The notes beneath the pieces are model-generated. The model searched no databases, was not told the origin of the DNA, and was given only the letters and a program-made list of their open reading frames with translations. 64,000 nucleotides of DNA from an uncultured Gemmatimonadales bacterium. GTDB taxonomy: Bacteria > Gemmatimonadota > Gemmatimonadetes > Gemmatimonadales > GWC2-71-9. Of this stretch, positions 10,589 through 20,774 are shown piece after piece. Within the stretch, counting starts at the first letter, position 1. Each line of letters opens with the position of its first letter. The position numbers were made by a program, and so were the translations under genes. The stretch is taken from assembly GCA_963779755.1 (NCBI GenBank), contig CAVZZO010000003.1, positions 928,001-992,000 on the forward strand, in the 5' to 3' direction.

Positions 10589-12241
10589 CTAGCGGATCCG
10601 GAACACCACCAGCCGGGGCACGGCCGTGCTGAAGCTCTGAGAGCCGGTTATCTGGAGATCGATCGCGGCGGCATTCGCGGTCTGGGTCACCAGTACGTGA
10701 TGCCCCGAGCCGCCGCGGATGATGCCGGTGTGGGCATACTGGCCGTTGGGGGCGGGATCGGGCACCAGGGGATAGGGCCCGCCGAGCGGCGGGTTGGTGA
10801 AGGCGCTGTCGAGGTCCCAGCTGGAGTAGCGCAGCCGGCCCGAGGTGTCCGCCACCGTGGGCTGATGCTCCAGATAGTTCGCCAGCTGCCATTGGCTCAC
10901 CAGCGTGGGGAAGGTGGTCCCGGTCGCGGCTTCCACATTCAGATAGCCGATCTTGCTGGTCTGGGTGAGCTTCCGGGTGAGATCGGTGGCCAGCACGGGG
11001 TCGGCGGCAAGGTGATCGCCCAGCCAGCGGATGAAGAGCCAGTTGGCGCCCCGCTCCTCCAGGGTGCCGAAGGAGTTCCCCGGCTCGATCAGATAGAAGG
11101 CCTCGGGATTCATGAGGTAGGCGCGGGCATTGCTCAGGTCGCCAAACCCGAACTGCTGCAGACAGTTGGCGAAACTGGTGGTGGTGGGGCAGCCCGCGCC
11201 CAGCTGCCGGCCGCCCAGCTCCTCGGCGAAGTGGGACAGCGCCTCGTCCAGCCAGGTAGACGGCGGGAACCCACCGCGCACCAGCACATGCTGGTTGAAG
11301 CTGATCATGTGGTGGAATTCGTGAATGAACACCGGGGGCAGGAATCCCAAAGCGTAGTTCTTGGAGATGGTGCAGGTCGTGTTGTTCGGGTCGGGGACCA
11401 GGCCGTAGAAGATCTCGCCGTGATTGGAACCGGTGTTGTTGGTCAGGTCGTTGCCGAAAAAGAACCCGAGTACGGCGCTGCCCGTCTGGTTGCAGGCGCC
11501 GCTCAGCTTGTTGACCTGGTCGGTCAGGAGGATGATCACCACGCTGTTCCCGTCCAGATCGGACTCCCGGCCGAAGGCGGTGGTATCGATGCCGTACATG
11601 TTGGGCGCGGGGCCGTCGAAGAGGGCGCCGATCTGGTCGATGTCGGTCTGGCTGTAGCCGCCGCCGGGCACCGTGTCGTCCAGGAAGATGGCGCCCCGGG
11701 TGCCCACGAACTTCGCGGTGGCCTGCACCTGGACGAAACTGCCGCAGGCTTGGTCGGCGCAGACGTTGAACACCGCCTTGCTCCCTACCACCGGCGGCCC
11801 CTGGAAGGGCCGGGGCGCCGCCCGCAGGGCCGGCGTGGCCGACAGCTGGCGGCCAAGCGCCTGCTCCCGCTGGCGCAGGCGATCGTGGAAGACCTCCGCA
11901 AAGGGCAACGCCCCGGCCGGCGGCGCCGGCCGGGGCGCGGCCGCCACCGCCACCGGCAACCCATTCAGTGCGTAGCCGGCGCTCACGCCGTTCAGGGCTT
12001 CCTGCCCCGCCCCGCTCAGAGCCACCACCAGGTGTTCCGCCCCGGAGGCGCCGGCGGCCGGCAGGCTGATGCACCCCCCCTGTACCGTCGGGTCGATAAT
12101 GGCAAACGTGCCGGCAGCCAGCGCCAGATTCTGATACTGCTGGCAGGTCACCACCGGCCCGACCGGCGGCTTGGTTCCCCCGCCGCAGGCGACGGTAGCG
12201 ACGGTGGCGGCGAGCAGAAGATGGGCAGTGAGGCGGGGCAC
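10589..12241 (-). CDS. Lipoprotein zinc metallopeptidase (gluzincin, M30-like)
   Basis: Lipobox TVAC after GTG start with GAGGT RBS; HEFHH plus downstream WLDEALSHFAEE. Confidence 0.78.
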   Translation of the reverse strand: MPRLTAHLLLAATVATVACGGGTKPPVGPVVTCQQYQNLALAAGTFAIIDPTVQGGCISLPAAGASGAEHLVVALSGAGQEALNGVSAGYALNGLPVAVAAAPRPAPPAGALPFAEVFHDRLRQREQALGRQLSATPALRAAPRPFQGPPVVGSKAVFNVCADQACGSFVQVQATAKFVGTRGAIFLDDTVPGGGYSQTDIDQIGALFDGPAPNMYGIDTTAFGRESDLDGNSVVIILLTDQVNKLSGACNQTGSAVLGFFFGNDLTNNTGSNHGEIFYGLVPDPNNTTCTISKNYALGFLPPVFIHEFHHMISFNQHVLVRGGFPPSTWLDEALSHFAEELGGRQLGAGCPTTTSFANCLQQFGFGDLSNARAYLMNPEAFYLIEPGNSFGTLEERGANWLFIRWLGDHLAADPVLATDLTRKLTQTSKIGYLNVEAATGTTFPTLVSQWQLANYLEHQPTVADTSGRLRYSSWDLDSAFTNPPLGGPYPLVPDPAPNGQYAHTGIIRGGSGHHVLVTQTANAAAIDLQITGSQSFSTAVPRLVVFRIR

Positions 12242-12300
12242 GAAGGGAACCTCGAAAGGGAGGTGATAGACTGGCTTAAGCTTAAGCGGGACAACGGCTT

Positions 12301-12329
12301 TTGACAATTGCTGCTGCCCGGGATAGCTT
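12301..12329 (+). promoter_or_regulatory. Sigma70-type promoter upstream of dnaE
   Basis: TTGACA-17bp-TAGCTT. Confidence 0.7.
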
Positions 12330-12503
12330 CCTCCCATCCACGGACAGCCGGCCGGACCGGAATGCCCCGGGCCGCCGATTCCTTCCGCAGGAGACGTCCC
12401 GGACCGCACCGGGGCCACGCGAACGCCTCGCTCCGCGCATCCGGCGGCGGGCCACAGACCATCAATCCGGCATGACCGGGCGCTCGGCGCCCGTCTTTGG
12501 GGC

Positions 12504-15500
12504 ATGGCTTTCGTTCACCTGCATACCCATAGCGAGTTTTCCCTGCTCGACGGAGCCAACCGGATCGAGGATCTGGTCGGCCACGTCAAGAAGCTCGGTA
12601 TGGACAGCCTGGCCGTGACCGATCACGGCAATATGCACGCGGCCTGGTCCTTCTACGACCAGGCGACACGTCAGGGCATCCGCCCGATTCTGGGGTTTGA
12701 GGCGTATCTGGCTTTCGGGTCCCGCCGGCTGCAGCAGAAGCTGCCCGAGGCCCCCGCCGCCTACAGCCACCTGGTCCTGCTGGCCCGCAACCAGGCCGGT
12801 TACCGCAATCTCATCCGGCTCACGTCCATCGGCTACACCGAGGGATTCTACCGCCGGCCCCGCATCGACCGGGAAGTCCTGGCCCGGCACGCCGGCGGGC
12901 TGGTCTGCCTGGCGGCCTGTCTCAGCGGCGAGATCGCGCTGTACCTGCGGCAGCACCGCTATGAAGAGGCCCGCAAGTCGGCCGAGTGGTTCGCGCAGAC
13001 CTTCGGCCGGGACAATTTCTGGCTGGAGATCCAGAAGCACGGCATCGCCGAGGAAGACCTGGTCACCGAGGGCATGCTGCGGCTGGGAGCGGAGCTGGGG
13101 CTGGGTGTGGTGGCCACCAATGACGCCCATTATCTCCGCCGGGAGGACGCCGAGGCGCACGATGTGCTGCTGGCGATCGGCACCGGCAGCGACCTGGACG
13201 ACCCCAGGCGGTTCCGCTTCACCGGCCAGGAATCCTATGTGAAGAGCGAGCAGGAAATGCGCGCGCTCTTCCCCGACCATCCGGAGACGCTGGCCAATAC
13301 CCAGGCGGTGGCCGATCGGTGCGAGTTTGCCTTCGAAAAGAAGTACTTCGTTCCGGAGTTTCCCCGGCCCGCGGCCTATGCCTCCGACGAGGCCCTGCTG
13401 GAGGACCTGGCGACCCGGGGGGCCCACGGGCGGTACGGCGACCCGCTGCCCGAGCCGGTGCAGCAGCGGCTGGCCTACGAGCTGGGCGTCATCCGCACGG
13501 CGGGTTACGCCGGCTATTTCCTCATCGTGCAGGATTTCATCGCGGCGGCGCGGGAACGCGGCATTCCGGTGGGGCCGGGCCGCGGTTCGGCCGCGGGCTC
13601 GCTGGTGGCCTATGCACTGGGCATCACCAACGTCGACCCGCTGCGGTTCGATCTGCTGTTCGAGCGGTTCCTGAATCCCGAGCGCGTCTCCATGCCGGAT
13701 ATCGACGTGGACTTCTGCTTCGAGCGCCGGGGCGAGGTGATCGAATATGTCCGCCAGCGCTACGGCCGGGAGAGCGTGGGCCAGATCATCACCTTCGGGA
13801 CGATGAAAGCGCGCGCGGCGGTGAAGGACGTGGCCCGGGTCCTGAAGATTCCGCCGGGCGAGGCCGACAAGATCACCAAGCTCATTCCCTCGGGGCCGGC
13901 GTACAGCCTCACCCTCAAGGAGGCCGCCGGGCGGATCGACGAGTTGCGGGAGCTCACCCGCGATCCGCTCTACCGGCGGCTGGTGGATCTGGGCTCCCGC
14001 ATCGAGGGGATGTCGCGCCACGCCTCGGTGCACGCGGCCGGCGTGGTGATCGCTCCCGGGCCCCTCAGCGACTATGTGCCGGTATGCACCGCGCCCACCA
14101 AGGGCGCGGGGCAGAGCGCCGGTGAAGACGCGATCATCACCCAGTACGACATGATCGCGCTGGAGAAGGTCGGCATGCTCAAGATGGACATGCTCGGCCT
14201 CAAGACGCTGACGGTAATCCACGACGCGGTGCAGATGGTCCGCGACCGGCACGGCGCCGCGCCCGACATGGACACGCTTCCCTTCGACGATCCGGAGGTC
14301 TACCAGCTGCTGCGGAAGGGCCGCACCGCCGGGGTCTTCCAGTTCGAGTCGCCGCTGGCCACCGAGACGCTGCGCAACATGAAGTGCGACCGGTTCGACG
14401 ACCTGGTCGCCTGCAACGCCCTGCTGCGTCCCGGCCCGCTGGACGCGGGGATGCACACCGTGTTCATCCGGCGCAAGCTGGGGCTGGAGCCGGTGACCTA
14501 TCCCCATCCGTCGCTCCGGGAGGTGCTGGAGCCCACCTACGGGGTCATCACCTATCAGGAGCAGGTGATGCGCATCGCCAATGTGCTGGCCGGCTTCAGC
14601 CTGGCCGAAGCCGACGTGCTGCGGAAGGCGGTGGGCAAGAAGGACACGGAGCTGATCCGCAGGGAGCTGGGCAGGTTCGTGGAGCGCGCCATCGCCCTGG
14701 GGCACGAGCGCCGCCTGGTGGAGGACATTGCCGCGCAGATCGAGACCTTCGGCCGCTACGGATTCAACAAGTCGCACTCGGTGGCCTACTCGGTGCTGAG
14801 CTACCAGACGGCGTGGCTCAAGACGCACCACCCGGCCGAGTTCATGGCGGCGCTGCTCAGCTCGGAAATCGGGAACACCGACAAGGTGGTGCAGTACATC
14901 AACGAAGCGCGCGAGCTGGGGCTCGAGGTGCTGCCGCCCAGCGTGAGCGAGTCGGGCTTCAAGTTCACCGTCGTAGGCGAGCAGCGGATCCGCTTCGGGC
15001 TGGGCGCGGTGCGCAACGTGGGCTGGGGCGCCATCGAGTCGATCATCGCGGCGCGCGACGGCGGCCCCTTCGAGAGCCTGGCCGATTTTGTCCAGCGGAT
15101 CGACCTGCGCCTCTGCAACAAGCGGGTGGTGGAGTCGCTGATCGCCGCCGGCGCCTGCGACGGCCTGGGCGGCCACCGGGCCCAGTTGCTCGCCGGGCTG
15201 GACGAAGCGCTGGGCGAGGCGCAGCTGCGGCAGCAGGAGCGGGAGGCGGGCCAGGCCTCGCTCTTCGGCGACGCGGTGCCCGCCGCCCCGGCGGCCCGGG
15301 CCGGCCTGCCGGAGGCCCCGGAGTGGACCGAAGCCGAGCGGCTGGCGCGGGAAAAGGAGGTGCTCGGGTTCTTCATCAGCGGCCACCCGCTGGAGCGCTA
15401 CCGCAGCGAGGTGGAGCTGTTCGGCACCCGGACCACGGCCACGCTGGGCGAATGGAGCGAGCACCCGGTAACCATCGCGGCGGTGGTCACCATGGTGAAG

Positions 15501-15980
15501 CGCCAGATCTCCAAGAAGACGGGCAAGGAATACGCCCGGCTGGTGCTGGAGGACTTCCACGGCACCGGCGAGGCGCTGGTGTTCCCCGATGCCTGGGCCA
15601 AGCTCAACCAGGTTGTGCGGGAAGACTCCTGCCTGCTGCTGACCGGCGGCTTCAGCACTCGCGACCGGGGCGAGGAGCGGGCGCCCTTCGTGGTGGAGGG
15701 AGCCCAGCCCCTGGACGACCTGCGCGCCTCCGGCGCCATCGGCCTGAGCCTGGCCTGGGGCGCCCCGGGAGCGCCGCCCGCGTCGCAGCTCCGGGCTGCG
15801 GCGTCGCTCTGCGCCAAGCACCCGGGGCCGGTCCCGCTCTATATTGAGTGGAACGACGGGAACGGAGAGTCACTGCGCCTGCGCTCCCGCCGGCTGCGCG
15901 TGGCGGCCGACGAGGACCTGGTCCGCACCCTGCGGCAGCTGCTGGGGCCGGTCACCATCCACTACGTCAAGGCGAGCTGA
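12504..15980 (+). CDS. dnaE: DNA polymerase III alpha subunit
   Basis: PHP domain FVHLHTHSEFSLLDG, GPGRGSAAGS, SMPDIDVDF, YGFNKSHS, OB-fold. Confidence 0.98.
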   Translation: MAFVHLHTHSEFSLLDGANRIEDLVGHVKKLGMDSLAVTDHGNMHAAWSFYDQATRQGIRPILGFEAYLAFGSRRLQQKLPEAPAAYSHLVLLARNQAGYRNLIRLTSIGYTEGFYRRPRIDREVLARHAGGLVCLAACLSGEIALYLRQHRYEEARKSAEWFAQTFGRDNFWLEIQKHGIAEEDLVTEGMLRLGAELGLGVVATNDAHYLRREDAEAHDVLLAIGTGSDLDDPRRFRFTGQESYVKSEQEMRALFPDHPETLANTQAVADRCEFAFEKKYFVPEFPRPAAYASDEALLEDLATRGAHGRYGDPLPEPVQQRLAYELGVIRTAGYAGYFLIVQDFIAAARERGIPVGPGRGSAAGSLVAYALGITNVDPLRFDLLFERFLNPERVSMPDIDVDFCFERRGEVIEYVRQRYGRESVGQIITFGTMKARAAVKDVARVLKIPPGEADKITKLIPSGPAYSLTLKEAAGRIDELRELTRDPLYRRLVDLGSRIEGMSRHASVHAAGVVIAPGPLSDYVPVCTAPTKGAGQSAGEDAIITQYDMIALEKVGMLKMDMLGLKTLTVIHDAVQMVRDRHGAAPDMDTLPFDDPEVYQLLRKGRTAGVFQFESPLATETLRNMKCDRFDDLVACNALLRPGPLDAGMHTVFIRRKLGLEPVTYPHPSLREVLEPTYGVITYQEQVMRIANVLAGFSLAEADVLRKAVGKKDTELIRRELGRFVERAIALGHERRLVEDIAAQIETFGRYGFNKSHSVAYSVLSYQTAWLKTHHPAEFMAALLSSEIGNTDKVVQYINEARELGLEVLPPSVSESGFKFTVVGEQRIRFGLGAVRNVGWGAIESIIAARDGGPFESLADFVQRIDLRLCNKRVVESLIAAGACDGLGGHRAQLLAGLDEALGEAQLRQQEREAGQASLFGDAVPAAPAARAGLPEAPEWTEAERLAREKEVLGFFISGHPLERYRSEVELFGTRTTATLGEWSEHPVTIAAVVTMVKRQISKKTGKEYARLVLEDFHGTGEALVFPDAWAKLNQVVREDSCLLLTGGFSTRDRGEERAPFVVEGAQPLDDLRASGAIGLSLAWGAPGAPPASQLRAAASLCAKHPGPVPLYIEWNDGNGESLRLRSRRLRVAADEDLVRTLRQLLGPVTIHYVKAS

Positions 15981-15984
15981 CCGC

Positions 15985-16947
15985 ATGGCCACCGTCTACG
16001 CGCTGGATTTCGAGAAACCCCTCCTCGAGCTCGAGCGCCAGATCGAGGACCTCAAGCGGCTGGGAACTGAGCGGCAGATCGACGTCAGCGACGAGCTGGC
16101 GAGTCTGCAGAGCCGGCTGGCCTCGCGGCGGGCGGAGATCTACCAGACGCTCACGCCCATGCAGCGGGTCATGGTGGCACGGCATCCGCGGCGCCCCTAT
16201 TCGCTGGATTATCTCTCCACCATCTTCACCGATTTCATCGAGCTGCACGGCGACCGGCTCTACCGGGACGACCCGGCGATCGTCGGCGGATGGGCCCGCC
16301 TGGCCGGCGCGTCGGTCATGGTGATCGGCCACCAGAAGGGACGCGACACCAAAGAGAACCTGCGGCGCAACTTCGGCATGGCCCATCCCGAGGGCTACCG
16401 CAAGGCGCTGCGGCTGATGCGTCTGGCCGCCAAGTTCTCCGCGCCGGTGATCACCCTGATCGACACCGACGGAGCCTACCCCGGGCTGGGCGCCGAAGAG
16501 CGCGGCCAGTCGGAAGCGCTGGCCACCAATATCCTGGAGATGGCGCGGCTGGAAACGCCGATCGTCGCCGCGGTGATCGGCACCGGCGGATCGGGCGGCG
16601 CCCTGGCGCTGGGAGTGGCCGACCGCATCCTGATGATGGAAAACTCGGTCTATTCGGTCATCTCGCCCGAGGGCTGCGCCGCCATCCTGTGGAAGGATGC
16701 CTCGCTGCGCGAGCGGGCGGCCGAAGCCCTCAAGCTCACCCCGCAGGACCTGCTGCGGCTCAGGGTCATCGACGAGATCGTCCCCGAACCGGTCGGCGGC
16801 GCCCACGTGGATCCCGACGGGGCGGGCGAGGTCCTGCGCGAGGCGCTGATCCGCCACGTGACCGAGCTGCGCAAGGTCAAGCCCGAGAAGCTCATTCGCC
16901 GGCGGGCCGAGAAGTACGCCGCGATGGGAGCCTTTACCGAAGTCTGA
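15985..16947 (+). CDS. accA: Acetyl-CoA carboxylase carboxyltransferase alpha
   Basis: LDFEKP, ARHPRRP, PEGYRKALRLM, SVISPEGCAAILW; conserved dnaE-accA order. Confidence 0.97.
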   Translation: MATVYALDFEKPLLELERQIEDLKRLGTERQIDVSDELASLQSRLASRRAEIYQTLTPMQRVMVARHPRRPYSLDYLSTIFTDFIELHGDRLYRDDPAIVGGWARLAGASVMVIGHQKGRDTKENLRRNFGMAHPEGYRKALRLMRLAAKFSAPVITLIDTDGAYPGLGAEERGQSEALATNILEMARLETPIVAAVIGTGGSGGALALGVADRILMMENSVYSVISPEGCAAILWKDASLRERAAEALKLTPQDLLRLRVIDEIVPEPVGGAHVDPDGAGEVLREALIRHVTELRKVKPEKLIRRRAEKYAAMGAFTEV

Positions 16948-17993
16948 TGCAGACGATCGAAATCCGCTTCAAGGGCAATCGCCGGGCCTTCTATCAATGG
17001 CCCTCGCCGGACGATCCGCTCCGCCTGCAGGAGGCGGTGATCGTCGAGGCGGAGCGCGGGCTGGACCTGGGCCGCGTGAGCGCCGTGGGAGAGGTGGCGC
17101 AGAAGAAGTGCGGCAGCGGCTGCGGCAGCAGCTGCGGCCCGGCCGCCGACGCCGCGGCGCCCGCGGCAGCGGCCGCGCCCCGGGTGGTGCGGCGCGCCGC
17201 CCAGGAAGACGTTCGTACCGCCAACGAGCTGCGCAAGTCCGAGGAAGAGGTACGGCGGAAGGTGATCGAGCGGGTGCGGGACCATCAGCTCACCATGAAG
17301 GTGAGCGATGCCGAGTGGCAGTGGGACCGGAACAAGCTCACCGTCTATTTCACCGCCGAGAAGCGGGTGGATTTCCGGGCCCTGGTGCGCGACCTGGCGA
17401 GCCTCTTCCGCACCCGGATCGAGCTGCGCCAGATCGGCGTGCGCGACGAGGCGGCGCGCCTCTCCGGCGTGGGCCGCTGCGGCCGGGAATACTGCTGCTC
17501 CAGCTGGCTGCCCGAGCTGTCCCCCGTCAATCTCAGCCTCGCCAAGGACCAGCACCTCTCGCTCAACCCGCAGCAGATCAGCGGCGGATGCGGCCGCCTG
17601 CTCTGCTGCCTGCGCTACGAGCACGACTTCTACGTCGCGGCCCGCAAGCGTTTCCCCAAGGAAGGCCGGACCCTGCAGACCGCGCGCGGTGCCGAGCGGG
17701 TGATCGCGGTGGACATCTTCCGGGAACGGGTGTTCCTCCGCAGCGAGGAGCACGGCGCACGCATCCTCCCCCTGGTCGAGCTGCGCGAGGAAGTGGACCA
17801 GCTCGCGCCCGTCACCCCGGGCCGGCTCGCCCCGGCGGAGCCGGCGGCCCCCGAGAGCCCGCCGCCGGCCGCGCCGCCGGCCGGCGAGACGCCCACCGCC
17901 GGACCGGGCCGCAAGCGCCGCCGCCGCCGCGGGCGCCGCGGCCGCGGCGGCGGCGGCCTGGGCGGCACGCCTTCCAAGCCTTCCGAGTCCTGA
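16947..17993 (+). CDS. ricT: PSP1/RicT (YaaT) regulatory iron-sulfur protein
   Basis: RVDFRALVRDLA, RIELRQIGVRDEA, CGREYCC, ISGGCGRLLCCLRYE. Confidence 0.88.
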   Translation: MQTIEIRFKGNRRAFYQWPSPDDPLRLQEAVIVEAERGLDLGRVSAVGEVAQKKCGSGCGSSCGPAADAAAPAAAAAPRVVRRAAQEDVRTANELRKSEEEVRRKVIERVRDHQLTMKVSDAEWQWDRNKLTVYFTAEKRVDFRALVRDLASLFRTRIELRQIGVRDEAARLSGVGRCGREYCCSSWLPELSPVNLSLAKDQHLSLNPQQISGGCGRLLCCLRYEHDFYVAARKRFPKEGRTLQTARGAERVIAVDIFRERVFLRSEEHGARILPLVELREEVDQLAPVTPGRLAPAEPAAPESPPPAAPPAGETPTAGPGRKRRRRRGRRGRGGGGLGGTPSKPSES

Positions 17994-19514
17994 GTGGCGA
18001 GCTTCTACCTCACCACCGCCATTGACTACTCCAACGGCGATCCCCACCTGGGGCACGCGCTGGAGAAGATCGGCGCCGACTGCATCGCCCGCTATCGCCG
18101 GCTGCGGGGCGACGCGGTCCATTTTCTCATCGGGATGGACGAGCACGGGCAGAAGGTGGCCCAGACCGCCGCCGAACGCGGCCTGGAACCCCAGCAGCTG
18201 GTGGATCAGGTCGCCGTGGCCTTCCAGGCCATGTGGCGCCGGCTGGCCATCTCCTACGACCAGTTCATCCGCACCACCGATCCGGCGCACGCCCGCGGGG
18301 TGCGCGCGCTGATCGAACGGATGTTCCAGCGCCGTCGCGACGACTTCTACGAGCGCAGCTACGAAGGCTGGTACTGCGTGGGGTGCGAGCTGTTCAAGCG
18401 GGAAAACGAAATCGAAAACGGCCATTGCCTGTTGCACCCCACGCGCGAGCTGCAGTGGGCGCAGGAGACCAACTGGTTCTTCCGCCTGAGCCGCTACCAG
18501 GACTTCCTCCAGCGGCTCTTCCGCGAGCAGCCCGATTTCCTCCAGCCCGCCAGCCGCCGCAACGAGATTCTGGCCCTGCTGGATGCCGGACTGGAAGACA
18601 TCTCCATCACCCGCTCCCGCCTGGCCTGGGCCATTCCCTTCCCCGAGCCCACGGCGGCGGGCGAAATGCAGGGCACCTGGGTCTGGTTCGACGCGCTGCC
18701 GAATTATCTCACCGCCACGGGCTTCCCCGATCCGGGCTTCGAAAAGCGCTGGCCGGCCGACCTTCACGTGGTGGGCAAGGATATCACCCGGTTGCACGCG
18801 GTCATCTGGCCCGCCATGCTGGAATCGGCCGGCCTGCCGCTGCCCCGGCGGGTCTGGGCCCACGGCTTCGTCCAGACCGGCGGTGAGCGGTTCTCCAAAT
18901 CAGCCGGCGTGCGGATCGATCTGGGCGAGGCCGTGGACCGCTTCGGCCCCGATGCCTTCCGCTACTTCCTTCTGCGCGAGGTCGGGTTCGAGAACGACGG
19001 CAACTTCACCTGGGAACGGTTCGCGGAGCGCTACACCGCCGACCTGGCGGACGGCCTGGGCAATCTGGTCTCCCGCTCGCTCGCCATGATCGAGAAGTAC
19101 CGGGAGGGCAGGATTCCCGTCTCCGCCGGCACCTCGCCGCTGGATCGAGCCGGTGTCGAGACGGTGCGCGCCTATGCCGCCGCGATGGACGCGCTGAACC
19201 TCCGGGAGGGGGCCGCCGCCACCTGGGGACTGGTCGCCCGGGCCAACCAGTACATCGTGGAAACGGCCCCCTGGACCCTTGCAAAACAGGGAAAAACGGC
19301 GGAACTCGACCAGGTCCTGGGCAGCCTGGCCGCCTGCCTCATCCGGCTGGCCCTGCTCACGGTGCCCTTCATGCCGGGCCGGGCCCAGGCGATCTGGGAT
19401 GCCCTGGGTGGCGCCGGCTCCATCGATCAGGCGGGGTGGGACCGTGTCGAGAATCCCGACGGTACCGGGCAACTCGTTCGCAAGCCGGAGACTCTCTTTC
19501 CCAAGCCGGTCTGA
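17994..19514 (+). CDS. metG: Methionine-tRNA ligase (short form)
   Basis: FYLTTAIDY, HLGH, CVGCE zinc knuckle, VWFDAL, GKDI, RFSKS. Confidence 0.95.
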   Translation: MASFYLTTAIDYSNGDPHLGHALEKIGADCIARYRRLRGDAVHFLIGMDEHGQKVAQTAAERGLEPQQLVDQVAVAFQAMWRRLAISYDQFIRTTDPAHARGVRALIERMFQRRRDDFYERSYEGWYCVGCELFKRENEIENGHCLLHPTRELQWAQETNWFFRLSRYQDFLQRLFREQPDFLQPASRRNEILALLDAGLEDISITRSRLAWAIPFPEPTAAGEMQGTWVWFDALPNYLTATGFPDPGFEKRWPADLHVVGKDITRLHAVIWPAMLESAGLPLPRRVWAHGFVQTGGERFSKSAGVRIDLGEAVDRFGPDAFRYFLLREVGFENDGNFTWERFAERYTADLADGLGNLVSRSLAMIEKYREGRIPVSAGTSPLDRAGVETVRAYAAAMDALNLREGAAATWGLVARANQYIVETAPWTLAKQGKTAELDQVLGSLAACLIRLALLTVPFMPGRAQAIWDALGGAGSIDQAGWDRVENPDGTGQLVRKPETLFPKPV

Positions 19515-19721
19515 GAGGGTCAACTATTTGACAGTCAAACACTTAAACATGTCAGGTTACTCTTGACACGGGGTGGCGGCGAGGCCAGGTTTTCCCGGCC
19601 TGCGGGTTCCCCATAGTCCCGTTCTTGCAGGCAACTCCCTGAGTAACAACTGCAGTCGCCGGTCCGGTGGTTTCATTGCAGTCCGCTGTGTCGTCGCCGA
19701 CCGTCAGCCATGGATGCGTGC

Positions 19722-20639
19722 ATGTCTGAACGCCGCTGGACGCTCGTCATTGTTCCGCCCGGCTCGCAGGCTTCCCGGATGCTGGAGGTATCGGCCCGGC
19801 TCCTGAAGCTCGCCGCCGGAGGCGCGGGCGTGCTGGTGCTGCTGGCGCTGCTGCTGGGGTATTCCACCTATGCCCGCTCGGTGCACATCGCCCGCACCGG
19901 CGCCCTGCAACGGGAGAACAACCGGCTGACCGCCGAGCTGGCCCGGATCAACACCCGGCTGGGGCGGCTCAACGATACCCTGGCGGCCATCGCCGACCGG
20001 GATACCAGAGTGCGGCTGCTGGCCAACCTGGAGCCCTACGATCCGCAGGTGCAGCAGGCGGGTATCGGCGGTCCCGAGCTGGGCGCCGGCACCCCGCCGG
20101 AGACGCCGACGGAACGCCGGGCCATCGATGCCCGCAGCGATCTCAACGCCCTGATCCGCCGGGCCAATTTCCTGGCCGCCTCCTTCAGCGAAGCGGCCGA
20201 CAGCCTGAAATCGCACGAAGCCCGGCTGTCGGCCATGCCGTCGATCATGCCGACCCGGGGCTGGCTCAGCAGCGCGTTCTCCTCCATGCGCGAGCACCCC
20301 ATCCTGCATGTGATGCGTCCGCACGAAGGCATCGACGTCACGGCCGACATGGGCTCGCCCATCGAAGCGCCGGCCGGCGGGCGGGTAGTCGCCTCCGGGT
20401 GGGAAACGGGTTACGGCAACACGCTGGAGATCGACCACGGCTACGGCATCGTCACCCGCTACGCCCACTGCTCCAAGCTGCTGGTGCACCGCGGCGATCG
20501 GGTGCGCCGGGGCCAGCGCATCGCCCTGGTCGGCAGCACCGGGCTCGCCACCGGCCCCCATCTGCACTACGAAGTGCGGGTGCACGGCAGGCCGGTCGAT
20601 CCGCTGCGTTACGTGCTGCCGGAGGCGGTGGTGGACTAG
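19722..20639 (+). CDS. M23 family peptidoglycan DD-endopeptidase with TM and coiled coil
   Basis: HEGID, YAH, TGPHLHYEV motifs. Confidence 0.92.
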   Translation: MSERRWTLVIVPPGSQASRMLEVSARLLKLAAGGAGVLVLLALLLGYSTYARSVHIARTGALQRENNRLTAELARINTRLGRLNDTLAAIADRDTRVRLLANLEPYDPQVQQAGIGGPELGAGTPPETPTERRAIDARSDLNALIRRANFLAASFSEAADSLKSHEARLSAMPSIMPTRGWLSSAFSSMREHPILHVMRPHEGIDVTADMGSPIEAPAGGRVVASGWETGYGNTLEIDHGYGIVTRYAHCSKLLVHRGDRVRRGQRIALVGSTGLATGPHLHYEVRVHGRPVDPLRYVLPEAVVD

Positions 20640-20645
20640 GAGCCC

Positions 20646-20774
20646 CGGGAATCGGGAGTCAGGAATCGGGAATCAGGGGTAAGGAAGCCCTGGACGGAGA
20701 AGAAGCAGGGATGCGGCCACCGGCCCATCCCTGCTTCTTTTTTCCCTGATTCCCGATTCCTGATCCCCGATTCC
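20646..20774. repeat. Inverted heptamer arms (CGGGAAT / ATTCCCG) enclosing a terminator hairpin
   Basis: Left arm 20646-20679, right arm 20744-20774. Confidence 0.85.
20701..20743 (+). terminator. Rho-independent terminator between convergent genes
   Basis: agaagcagggatg / catccctgcttct 13-bp stem plus T-run. Confidence 0.75.

Noticed and set aside
12462..15821. 1119-aa antisense ORF over dnaE (and similar long shadow ORFs at 872, 9722, 16650, 31419, 33143, 61277)
   Set aside because: Expected stop-poor antisense frames in high-GC coding DNA; no motifs.
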